NCBI GenBank assembly: GCA_038087875.1
Contig: CM075978.1
Span: forward strand, 134,354,001-134,418,000
Source of the DNA: Malacoraja senta
Lineage: Eukaryota
DNA length: 64,000 bases
Reading direction: 5' to 3'
The notes under the pieces are model-generated. The model made no database searches. It worked only from the letters and a program-made list of their open reading frames with translations, and was not told the DNA's origin. Position 1 is the stretch's first letter, and every line of letters starts with the position of its first letter. Of this stretch, positions 13,723 through 25,759 are shown in pieces. The position numbers and the translations under genes are program-made.

Positions 13723-15141
13723 GGGATATTGAACAAATTGTATGGGAAGTTAATTTTGCTGTACCATTTCCAGGGCTGGACTTCTCTCTGCACTACAGCC
13801 CCCAGGCAACCGTAAACTAGGCCCAAACTAATTATATGCATTTCATGTACCCAACTACAATGCAGTCCAAACTCCTTGATATTTTTTGCTCTATGAACTT
13901 TCTTCCAATTAAGTGTTACACAAAGCTGATGACGCTTCCAACTCTTAATTATGATAGCGCTCCAATTATATTCTTGCAAGGGGAGGGCAAACTTGCACGA
14001 ATGTATCCAGCTTTACTGATGCAGGATTTTTCTGTTTTTTAATTTAAACATTTTTGAGCATTTTGAAATGTTTATCATCTGAAAATTAGCTGAACTATTC
14101 TATGGTTTATTTCTTTTAATGTATTTTTCTGGCTTGGGTATATCACATCAAGATATATAAAAGGCTTCTCTGTTAGAATTGTGTGAAAAGTCTGAGATGA
14201 ATAAATGTTTGTTGAAATCTAGATATTGAGATTACTCCTTGGGGCTCCATTGCTATAGGTTTCCACTGATATACAGTATATATATATATATATATATTCG
14301 TATACGTGCATTTTAAATTCAGACTATTCTTAAAAGATTAGGGGGATACAAACACAACATCGGGACATATTTGGCTCTAACCTCCGATCAGCACCTTCGT
14401 AAGAAACTCCAGCCAAAGGGACTACATCACAGTAATTAATCCTTTAGATTAATTAACAGTGAGTGCATTGACAGTTGGTACTGGCATGAACAAGCATGGC
14501 CAACAGAAAATATAATAAAGCTGCATTTAAAATTAAAACTGTATATATTTTAAAAAGTGATTACTGGCCGGTAATCTAATCTAGCAATTCAGATGTCTGT
14601 TATAAACCACTCAAACATTTTTCTCGCACTCTATGTTACCATGTCAAGGCTTCAATCAAATAACTGCCTTGTAATCATTTCCAGGTATCCATTATTCTCC
14701 ACAAACCTTGCAAAATTGTCTGGTTTTGTGTAATGCATTTACAGAATATTATTAAGTTTATAAAATAAGTGGTTGGAGGAAAAAGACGATCAGTTATATA
14801 GTCATTATTTTCATCAGGGTTTAGATGTACTCCGATGGAAGAACACTAGTTTCATTTAAAATTGTGTTTGGCATAATCACCACAGTCGGTAACACTTGTG
14901 AACCTTACATGGAATAAACAATTTAAGGACAACAGGATCACAAAATCCTTAAAAGACATCAAGGGATCTAAATTCATTAGCAGTCTTTTTATAAACAAGG
15001 GTGATGAAAAACATTGTCCTCCATTTCCCTCCACAACTGTGTTCCTCCAGCAGTTTGCATTTTTTTTGCTCAAGATACCACCATCTGCAGTTTCTTGCCT
15101 TCACTAAAGGTAGAATCGGTGATGTTGGATTTTAAAATGAT

Positions 15142-15525
15142 ACGTAGAGTCATACAGTGTGAAAACAGGCCCTTCGGCCCAACTTGCCCACATCGGCCAA
15201 CATGTCCCACCTGGACCCACCTGCCCGCATTTATTCCATATCCTTCCAAATTTGTCCTATCCATGTACCTAACTGTTTCTTAAATGTTGGAATAGTCCCA
15301 GCCTCAACTACCTCCTCTGGCAGCTTGTTCCATACACCCACCATCCTTTGTGTGAAAAAGTTGCCGCTCATATTCCTATTAAATCTTTTCCCCATCACCT
15401 TAAACCTATGTCCTCTAGTCCTCGATTCACCTACTCTGGGCAAGCCACTCTGTGCATCTACCCAATCTATTCCCCTCATGATTGTATACACCTCCATAAG
15501 ATCACCCCTCATCCTCCTGCGCTCC
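15142..15525 (-). mobile_element. CR1 LINE 3' fragment
   Basis: ORF 15231..15617(-) contains ERRRMRGDLMEVY...TRGHRFK...FFTQRMVGVWNKLP. Confidence 0.9.
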
Positions 15526-16049
15526 ATACGTAGTGCAAACCAACTTGAGTGAGAGCTTAAGAACCAGCTTATTGCAAAAGTTAGCAATGCATTAATCTTA
15601 TCCATTCTATAAATCAAGTAACATTTGTAGTTATCTTCTCCCTATTAGTTTTTAATTTTATTTAAATATTAGGTACACGGTAGCTAATGAAATAGTGCTT
15701 GCAGTTGGTTATTTAGCTTGCTGCAATGGATGTGAAAACCTCTTTATACAGGTGACAAACTCTGATGTGACTGCAGAGTCACTGGAATAGTAGCTGCTGT
15801 GTATTTAGAATTGGTGCTGTTAGATTTTAAATTAGTTTATTCAATTATCATGACAGTTGCAAAAACACATGTTAAACAAAGCAGGCTCATGATCTATGAA
15901 ATTACAATATTAACAGACTGGTCCAAACTGCTGGCTGCATTGTATCTGTGCTGCCCCCATTTTCTGATAGCTCTGCTTCCTGTATCCAGGTGAAAGTTTG
16001 GAGAGAACCCCACCATTCAGGGAAGCACAGTCTTATGCTGAAATATATA

Positions 16050-16170
16050 GGTGTCGGGGGTTATGGGGAGAAGGCAGGAGAATTGGGTTAAGAGGGAGAG
16101 ATAGATCAACAATGATTGAATAGCGGAGTAGATGATGGGCTGAATGGCCTAATTCTGCTCCTTGACTTAT
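16050..16170 (+). mobile_element. CR1 3' UTR fragment
   Basis: GGTTATGGGGAGAAGGCAGG...GATGGGCTGAATGGCCTAATTCTGCTCC. Confidence 0.75.
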
Positions 16171-16739
16171 GACCTTATATATGTGCACTTTTTAAGTTTT
16201 GTTGCTTGGTGCTATCGCACATCGATCTGTTTCCTGTCTTTTAATTATGCAGCTACAGAATATTTGACATTCAATGCCATGAAACTCATCCATGCATGGA
16301 TATCGCATTATCAGTTCTCCCTGTTTATAACCTCTGCTTTCTTTACATTCTAGCTCACTTTGCAGAACTTCTTACAACTCTTAGTGCTAACAGAATGCCG
16401 TGACAATATCTTAACAACTCCTTTTACTGCCTCAGTTTCATGATCCCTTCACATTTGTGGTAACCTTTCCCATTTATGGCCAGTTTAATTCTCATATATT
16501 GGGTGTCTGATAGATTTGTCATGTTGTGCATGCATGATTACTTTGTAGTGGTGGAAAGAATGTACTGGGGCTTAAGCATCTTTTGATTTTGCTAATGGCA
16601 TCATTCCTGGGCTAATGTATCATTCTAAAAATCTTCTTTCACCTTAAAAACCTTTCAAAGCCTGAAGCCTCTTGTTTCTGTATCTTAAAAAACAAACTTA
16701 ACCGGTTTTAAACCTATCTAAAAACATATGCAATAACAG

Positions 16740-17340
16740 CAGGAGAAATCACCCAGCCCAATTTGAGACTGCGTAGAAATGTATCAAGATCGCAGCTGAT
16801 CCTCTGCCCCTCACCATTTTCATGTGCTTTCTATCTCCTTCCTGTACTCAGCCTCGTTATTGTTTGAGATCCTGCCCAAGATCGTGGTATCATCGGAGAA
16901 TTTGTAAATGGAGTTAGAGCAGAATTTGTCTGCCCAGCTGTGAATGTTTAGAGAGTATTGTAAGTGACTGAGAACGCAATGGCACCAGTGTTAGAGAATA
17001 ATTGTTGAGGATGCTTTGTCATCTATCTTTGCTGATTGTAGCCTATGGATCAGGAAGTTAAGGATCCAGTTGTGGGGCCGGTGGGGCTGCTGAGTCTTAG
17101 GCCCATGAGTTTGGTCAGAATTATGGTGTTTGAGGCGGAGCTATGGTTAATAAATAGGAGTCTGAACTGGGTGTTGCTTGTTATCGACATGCTTCAGGAA
17201 TGAGTATAACGCCAGGGAAATGGCATCTGCCGTTGGCCTGTTGCAGTAGTTGGTGAATTACAGTGGAGGCTGGAGTTGATGTACACCATGATCAACCTCT
17301 CGAGGCACTTCATGATGGTGAATGTCGGAGCCACAGAATG
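16740..17340 (-). mobile_element. Rex1/Babar-type LINE RT fragment (degenerate)
   Basis: The reverse strand at ~16841-16905 encodes KFSDDTTILGRISNNNEAEYR (FADD region); upstream it reads WILNFL. Confidence 0.7.
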
Positions 17341-19176
17341 GTAGGGTGGGTTGGCGGATGTGGGGGAAAGATCAAATATCTCAGTGAATGCATATGAAAC
17401 ATGAGAAGGCTATTATTACCAAGACAATGATTGACTACCACTACTACAATGCTAGTCAGTCACTGCTGTGCAAGGGCCCAGGCACGTACAGTCGCACTCT
17501 CTTGCTCTCACGTTCTCTTGTCCTTGCATTCCCTCTTGCTCTTTTCTCCACAACAACCCCCCCCCCCCCTTTAGGAAATAGCAGTTTCATTTGCAGATCC
17601 AAGTATTTTGTGCATTTCTTCAATTGATTGACTGTCAAGAATAAAACAATAATCTGACAATGGTGACTATGCACACTTCCTCCAAGCAGTTAATTGTTGC
17701 AGTAGCTGGGAAAATCCAAAATGTAGCTGGATTATTATTTCCGCGACATTACAAAGATTTTATTCACATTTCACGTTTTGTTTTCAATGTATTTAATTTA
17801 AAACAGTTGCAAAGAACAACCTCTTACAGAGGATGGTGAATCTGTTGCATTTCTCTGCTCCAGAGGATAGTAGATGCTAGAATAGTTGAGGGTAGATAGA
17901 AAATTGTTGAAAGATCAATGAGTTGAGTGCTATAGGGATTGGCAGAGAAAGTGAGGCCAGGTGCAGATAAACCACAAGGGACCCAGTGGCCTAGCCCTGC
18001 TCCATATTTTCTTATATTCTTATCTAATTGAGTTAAAACACTTAGAAAAATTATATCAAATGAATGTCCCTTATTTATACAGCTCTGCTGTATAATTTAG
18101 ATTTACTTAATAAATTGAAGAATGGTTAGGACTATATACAAGAACTAACCATCTAACTGTTTCTCTTTGTTCTTCGATTAGGTGCCTTTAAGGTGCTTTT
18201 TGCAGGGTGCTTCTGATGTCTTCTGTGAGCAGGTAAAATTTTCACACAGTAGACCCTGTGTGTTTTTGGGAATTATTTCCTAACCTGCTTTTTGGACCTG
18301 ATTATGCCTGTACTCCAGGTTATTGAATAGGCTCAGGCAGCTGGGAATATCCTTTCTTTCTCTTTCCTACCATCAATTAATGGTGATTGTCTGGTCAAAT
18401 GAGAGGCATTTGAGTCCAACAGCAAAAGAAACGGTAACAGCTATGAATGGTGACAGTCTTTTCGTATTGTGCAAAGTTCAGTTGCACTAGCTTATGTATG
18501 ATAAATTTATGCTCTAATAATGGGCTCAATCTTCAATAGAAGAAGTAGGGCTGCAGCATGGCTTATTCTAGGTCGTATTTCCACGTCTCTGCCCCGGGTC
18601 TGCTATTTATCAACCTATACGTATACACACGCAAATTAGTTTGTGCACCGTGGTGTGGCTCAATGAGCAGCTTCTGTTTGAAGAAGCAGCTGACCTGGTG
18701 GAGACACATTCAAACCATGGGTGCTTGCACTCAATGAAGTGTGGAGTCGATACATATGTTTCACTTCCAGCATCAATGATTCCTCTTCCATTTTGGACTT
18801 GCAGGCCCTACATTCATGAGGGAAGACTTGATTAGAGTGGGAGAGAAGTAGGCTGGGAACAGAAGGCACGCATCATACTGCATACCAAGTAGGATCCTGC
18901 AAAACTATTGTCAGATTTATTTTTCGGGAATGAGCAGGATGAGGATTAGAATGTGAACATGCATGCAAGGGATGTGTACCTCGTGAAATCCCATTCATCG
19001 TGCAGATTCTGTACAAAGAGTCAGAAGTGGGAAGAGTAAAAACTCTATATATGAAGCCTTTCTCCGAGTTCACTAGTTTTGTCACTCCTCACAGCTACAT
19101 CTCTTCCCTCCTTTGCTGCAGTTATGGAAAAGCACAAATGCATGCAAAACAAACACCTGAATCATTTAATGAGGTG

Positions 19177-19346
19177 TAGGAAGGAATTGTAGATGCTGCT
19201 TTACACTGAAGATGGACACAAAATGCTGGAGTAACTCAGCGGGTCAGGCACCATCTTTGAAGAAAAGGAATAGATGTTTCGGGTCAAGACCCTTCTTCAA
19301 TCTGCTGCCTAACCCACTGAAATGCTCCGGCATTTTGTGTCTATCT
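19177..19346. mobile_element. Palindromic Penelope-derived element with target-site duplication
   Basis: Arms GAAGATGGACACAAAATGCTGGAG and CTCCGGCATTTTGTGTCTATCTTC. Direct repeat TCATTTAATGAGGTG at 19162-76 and 19347-61. Confidence 0.8.
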
Positions 19347-19936
19347 TCATTTAATGAGGTGCCAGCCTGAATTTAGCAAGCTGCCTGGGACTACAGGACT
19401 ATGTGGATGTATTGTTAACCCTACCTCCTATTTGTCTGCTCCAAGACAAATAAATTCCTGCACGACAATATCAGTCCTTTTGCATTTAATAAATGTATGT
19501 GCCAACTCTCTTTGTGCTTGTAGTTGTTGCATAACTGTTCGAAAATGAGCAGATATGTTTCATGACTCCAAAAGGGTTAAAGTGAAGATTGATTCCAGCC
19601 AGATTCTAATCCTAATTGCAGTTTAGTCATTTTAAGTTTGTGCATCTCATTCACTTTCAGGAGCTCTGCCAGCTGAAGACAGTTGAGCATTGAACATAAT
19701 CGAGCTGCAGGGCATTCAGTTTTGTTTTAAAGTGACACAAAGAACAAAGCTTCAGTCAGTTTTATTATCATCCAGCAATGAGGTTGATGGCTACTGTAAC
19801 TATGACCATATCACACAGACATTATGCAAGGTATTCAAATGTCGTGGTTACTTCAGGATATTTCTGTAAGACTGTTCTAACAGTGATCACCATTGCTGCC
19901 CTTTGTTGCTGTTAAATAATATTTCAGCAGAGTACC

Positions 19937-20329
19937 TTAGTTTAGCGATACAGGGCTGAAACAGGCCCTTTGGCCCACTGAGTCCGCGCCGACCAGTGNN
20001 NNNNNNNNNNNNNNNNNNNNNNNNNNNNNNNNNNNNNNNNNNNNNNNNNNNNNNNNNNNNNNNNNNNNNNNNNNNNNNNNNNNNNNNNNNNNNNNNNNNN
20101 NNNNNNNNNNNNNNNNNNNNNNNNNNNNACAATTTATAATTTTACCAAGCCAATTAGCCTACAAACCTGTACGTCTTTGGAAAGTGGGAGGAAACTGGAG
20201 CTCCCAGAGAAAACCCACGCTGATCACAGGGAAAAAGTACAAACTCCGATAAGACAGCACCCGCAGTCAAGATTGAAACCGGGCCTCTGGCGCTGTAAGG
20301 CAGCAACTCCACCGCTGCACCACCGTGCC
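19937..20329 (-). mobile_element. HE1/V-SINE-like SINE spanning an assembly gap
   Basis: Same head, V-domain and tail as 8262..8568; N run at 19999-20128. Confidence 0.8.
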
Positions 20330-21499
20330 ATGTCTGTAAGACTTTTCTAACAGTGATCATCATTGCTGTTCAGCAGAGTATTTCCCACATGATACACTGC
20401 CACTCTTCAAAGGAACAAAAAACGCACTTATTCATTAGCCTTCTTGTGCTTAGTTCAGTTTTGAGATAACTTTGCGGTGTGTTTTATGTATTCTCTCTTC
20501 ATATTTATTGGTATACATCCACAATTAAAGGAGAAGTGAATGCGCAGTGGACAAACTTGCTGAGGGACACTGTGGTTTTGGTTTGGACAGTTTTACACAT
20601 TATAATGAGATGTTTTCATCGATGGAAACAACCCTTTACTCACAGCATTGTAAATGATAGCACAAAATGATATGTACTTTTGTCACTGCAATTCAGTAAG
20701 GAGAAATTATTTTGTTATTTTATAAAGGCATGAAGGATCACAACAATTAAAAAACAGTTTTCAATTGATTCTCATCATTGCGCAACCCAGTGTTTCTTCA
20801 CCACTGTATTTGGCAAACTCTTGAGGCACTTCCGAATCTTGCTGGATTGAAATTGATAATCACTTGAGTTAGTAAACATGACTTTGGGCAGCATCCCGTC
20901 ATGAAAGCTTTAATGGGAAAGTGGTTGGGCGGGAGGATCCCAATCCGAGATGTCCGTACACAGAGTTGTTTGTGACAGGTGAATGTTGTGTCCCATTTAT
21001 TGCATTCCCAACATTTCACTCAAATCAATTCTCTACTTTTTAGTACCCCAAGTCATATAATCATTCAGTACAGAATAGTATATGATCCTTCATGCCCCTG
21101 CTGATCAATAAGCTCTGTCTTTACATATCACATTTACCAAGCCAACTATGTCTAGGTAATTCATGTGCTGTCCCACAAGCTTAAGCATTGTGTGCATACC
21201 TGCCTCCATCACCTTCTCCTGCAATGCATTCCAGATTGCAATCAACTGCTGAGTGACAAAAAATATTCCTTTGTTCTCCTGCAAACCTTTGACTCCTCGC
21301 CTTAAACCTATGTCTTCTGGTCTTCGACATCTGTACCATCTTACCATCAACCTAATCTACACATCTCATAATTTTGTAGAACTCCATCAGAGGGTGAGAG
21401 GGACTTGCAGGAATGTTTTTGCTGGGAACTGACTGGATCTGAGGGGCCAAAAAACATTCTGGTTTATAGTCAGGCAAGATACAGTGCAACTTGGAGAGG

Positions 21500-22990
21500 A
21501 CTTGCAACTATTGGTGGTGGTGGCCTCATGCTCTTTCTTCAACGTTATTCTGTGTCATAAAGATTGCACGTTTGTGAGGTCGCTTTAAGATTAGCCTGGT
21601 GAATACCTGCAGTGCTTTCTGTAGAGGGTACCCACTGAAGCTACTGTGCATCGCAGATGGTGGGATGTTCGCCGTGTTGTTTAAGACCCTAGCCAAGTGC
21701 AGTGCTTTGGTGTGAATGGTGCTGAGTTTCTTGAGAGTTGTTGGAGCAGGTAAAGGATATTCCATCATGCTCCTGAATTATGTCATGTAGGCAGTGGAAA
21801 GGTGTTGTACGGTTAGGAAGTGACTCATTCACCACAGGATACACAGGCAATGACCTGTTATGATATTCATTGTAATTATTTGGCCCATCCAGATTATTGA
21901 AGCTTGCTGCATTGATGACAGAGTCATAGGTAATGGTAAAGGGCCTGTCCCACTGTACGAGGTAATTCAAGAGTTCTCCCGAGTTTCCCCTGATTCGAAC
22001 TCGGAGAATTACGGTAATAGCCGCTCGTAGGTAATCGGGGCTCTCGTGGACATTTTTCAACATGTTTAAAAATCTTCACGAGCTTACCGCGTTTCCCGAA
22101 TACCTGCCGTTAGCGTTACGAGTCGCTAAGAGACGTCCCGAGCTCCATCGTACCCACTACGTACATTCTACGTACTTACAATGAGTTTGATTTTTTTTTT
22201 TAACTCGGGAGAGCTATTGAATTACCTCGTACAGTGGGAAGGGCCCTTAAAGCTACTGGATGTTACGATTCCTGGAGATGGTTATTGCCTGCAGTTCTGT
22301 GTGTGACTGGTGCTTGTCACATATCAGCCCAAAGCTGAACGTTATCAGGATGTTGCTATTTACAGGGTTGTGCTGCTGCATTTGCTGATGTTTTGCAAGT
22401 GGAGTTGAACATGGTGAACTCAATATAAAGGAAAGGGATGGAACATTTTACCGTTGGCACGGTGCTAGAAAAGTGTGCTCAGGCTTAGGATTGGGCAGAT
22501 GATGGCAACCGGTGATGAAGTAAGTGTCGGCAACACTGGGACGAAGGCAAGGGACTTGTGAGTTGATAGCCAGAATCTTGCCCTCGTGAACAATTGGGGA
22601 GTTCAAAGATTTTGAACACATTTTCTGAATCTTAGGAGATTGCAACGATGAGAGGGTAGGTTCGATGGTGAGCAGCAGCAACGATGAAGAGTATGGAGAA
22701 AAGTGAATAGAGACTTAACGAGAGATATCGGTCAAGCATAATATTGGGAAGACATGGTTACTCCATAGGTATTCATCAATGCATTGCGATTTCCAGGATA
22801 ATGGATCAAATTTTCACTGCAATATTCCAAAGGGCCCATTTGATATGGAGTGTAATTGATGTGGAACTGGCTTAAGGTGTGCAAGAGTGCAATCATGTTC
22901 GAAGTTCCCAGTTGAATTGTGGAATTAAACAAAGTGTCACATAAATAGCTACTACCACTTGTCAATGTAGGGACAATGGATCATAATCAC
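21500..22990 (-). mobile_element. Old L2/CR1-group LINE fragment, interrupted by a MITE
   Basis: ORF 21526..21768(-) MEYPLPAPTTLKKLSTIHTKA resembles the LINE RT C-terminus (MEYSP..APTTLKKLDTIQDKA). Confidence 0.55.
21940..22247. mobile_element. PIF/Harbinger-type MITE (308 bp)
   Basis: 46-bp TIR AGGGCCTGTCCCACTGTACGAGGTAATTCAAGAGTTCTCCCGAGTT (42/46 match). TAA duplication at 21937-39 and 22248-50. CpG-rich. Confidence 0.88.
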
Positions 22991-23092
22991 CTAAAGCTGA
23001 ATAAAATGCAATTTGTTCTTGAGTTTAAGCAAAATGTGAACAATAACTTGTATATATATATTTGTGTATGTGTGTATAATTTTATAAATATA

Positions 23093-23836
23093 CTAGACCA
23101 AGTGTAACCCGTTGGTTCCCATCCCCCAACGCGGAGGGAGGGGGGGCGGCGCGGCATCGGCGCTCGCCCCGGAGCAGGCGCCCCCCCCCCCAAGGAATCA
23201 CCCCCCACAAGGTAAATTATGGAATTTATGGCATTCAATCGTTCCCACGTTGCAGCCGGGGTGGGGGGCAGTGACGGGGGGAGGGGGGGGGGGGCGGGAG
23301 GACCCGCAAATGAGCATCTTGGCCAGGCCCAGGAGCAAACCAACAGGGAGATTTCTCCCCCCCCCCCCCCTCCCCTCGATCGGCCCTCCCCACTCCCTGG
23401 CTTGTGTCTAAACTTGAGGAGCAGCCCCTTCAGATATTCGTGCAGGGGCCATTCAGATATTCTCCCCTTCCCCCTCTCCTCCCTCCCTCTCCCCCCCTCT
23501 CCTCCCCCCTCTCCTCCCCCCTCTCCTCCCCCCTCTCCTCCCCCCTCTCCTCCCCCCTCTCCTCCCCCCCTCTCCTCCCCCCCTCTCCTCCCCCCTCTCC
23601 TCCCCCCCTCTCCTCCCCCCCTCTCCTCCCCCCCTCTCCTCCCCCCCTCTCCTCCCCCCCTCTCCTCCCCCCCTCTCCTCCCCTCCTCTCCTCCCCCCTC
23701 TCCTCTCCCCCCTCTCCTCCCTCTCCCCCTCTCCTCCCTCTCCCCCCCTCTACCCCCTTCCCCCCCTCTCCCCCCCCACACACACACACACACACGCACA
23801 CGCACACACACAAGATCAGACTTTTATAAGTATAGA
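23093..23836 (-). mobile_element. Non-autonomous Helitron with internal C/T-rich minisatellite
   Basis: The minus strand begins TCTATACTTATAAAAG and ends with a weak hairpin followed by ACTTGGTCTAG|T. No TSD. Abuts an (AGAY)n microsatellite at 23834-23886. Confidence 0.65.
23462..23811. repeat. (CCCCCCTCTCCT)n polypyrimidine minisatellite followed by (CA)n
   Basis: Directly visible. It produces the spurious Pro-rich and Gly/Glu-rich ORFs. Confidence 0.95.
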
Positions 23837-25315
23837 CAGATAGACAGATAGACAGATAGACAGATAGATAGATAGATAGATAGATAACATTTATGTTATA
23901 TGATGTATAATATATATAATTGATTACAATTATATTTAATTTTATTTTTCATAATTTTACCCATAACATTCAGAAAATAGCCCTTTCCAAATTAATGCGT
24001 GGTGTGTTTGTGAGATTTCTTATGGGATCTGCTTCTGCAATCCTTTCAAGTTTTTTTTTTCAGATCTGTAAAAAACATCTGTGTGAAGGTAAACCATCTA
24101 TAGTTATTTTGCCATTTACAGGCGTTCCCCCGGTTACAAATGGGTTCCATTTTCACAGATGCCCGTAAGTCGATATTGTCCTTAAATTGAAAAGTACACA
24201 AAATACACATAATATAGCCATATCTGCACAGTGATTTATGTATCGTCTTCTCCTAGCTAGTTTTAGGACCTTCTACACTCAATGGCTGGTTTCCATGGAC
24301 GTGAATCATCATTGGATGTTACATTGGTTAAAGGAGAATCGTTGTACAATTATCAAAGGAAGTGATTGTTGTTCATTTCCAAAGCAAGTCATTTAAGTGG
24401 CCTCCCATGTGAAACTGGCTGTCTATGGTTTTTAAGACAATGGTGCCTGATTATTGCGGGGAAGTTACATTTAAACAAGTTATTTTTCCAAGACTGTTTC
24501 TCGTTTAAATTTAGTAATATTTAGGGGAGCTCACCACTGGTTAACCACTCACCTATTAAAAGAAACTTGCTTCCATTATTTGCTCTCTCAAATCTCTTTA
24601 GAATTTTGAATACCTTGCTTGGGTCTCTCTTAAACCATCTGCAAGTTTTTCCAGTCTCTTCAGAAAACTATAGCCAGCCATCTGAGATAAACATCTAAGA
24701 AAACTTCCACTGTATCTTCTCTAAATCTTAATTTCCCTGCTTAAGAATGATGGTGAGAATCACGAGCATTAATTAAGAAGATGTCTGTCAGTGTGATGTA
24801 GCATGATTTCTTTGTTTATGTATTAATTTACCCTACTTACAGTTCAAGTAATTTATTTTCTCAATTTCCTTGCCACCTTCAGAAATTTATGAATATTCGC
24901 TCCAATGTCCTCTAGTCTTATATTTGACACCCTTCTGCTCCACGCACCTCATAAAAATTGGACCAGTTAGATTTCATGATTTCCTCCTGCCATTCATGCA
25001 TACATTACTTCGTAGATGTATCTGTCTTGTATCTGCCCTCCTCATATCCACCACTATAATCCATAACACTCTATTCTCATGTTTTGTCTTGTCTGCCAAG
25101 TCAATTTATATATTCCAATTGTGACCTGGCAGGTCAATATGTGTGATGAACAAATGTAAAGAGCATGTAGATTGTGGACAGGTGATGTTGGTCCTGTAGG
25201 CTGGAAGGTCATCTGTGAAAATTAATCATGGGTCTGTATATAACACTGCGGGGCATGTGCAGGGTAAGCAGATGATGCCCGCCACACCTATGCTCTGTAC
25301 AAGGGATCATCAGTC

Positions 25316-25630
25316 TTTAGACCTTAGAGATACAGCGTGGAAACAGGCCCATCACCCCACCGAGTCCACGCCGACCAATGATCACCTCGTTCCTAGACTA
25401 GACTAGCACCATCTTACACACTAGGAACAATTTACAATTGACAGAAGACAATTAACCCACAAACCTGTACGTCTTTGGAGCGTGGGAGGAATCTGGAGCA
25501 CCAGGAGAAAACCCACGTGGTCACCGGGTGAATGGACAAACTCCGTCCAGACAGCACCCATAGTCAGGATCAAACCCGAATCTCTGGCACTGTGAGGCAG
25601 CAACTCTACCGCTGCGCCACTGTGCCGCCC
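25316..25630 (-). mobile_element. HE1/V-SINE-like SINE
   Basis: Full-length copy with a GGGCGGCACAGTGGCGCAGCGGTAGAG head on the minus strand. Confidence 0.87.
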
Positions 25631-25759
25631 CAATCACTTGTAGGTTTTTTGGAGAATCATCTGGATGTCGGCAGATAACATGTAAAGGGCAGTAAGACAC
25701 TCATGGTATTCATGTGGAGTTGGAATGGATGCCCTGAAATATGTATAACTTTAAAGATA

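Noticed and set aside
22987-23851. Long Pro-rich (extensin-like) and Gly/Glu-rich ORFs
   Set aside because: Translations of a C/T minisatellite that is open in several frames on both strands.
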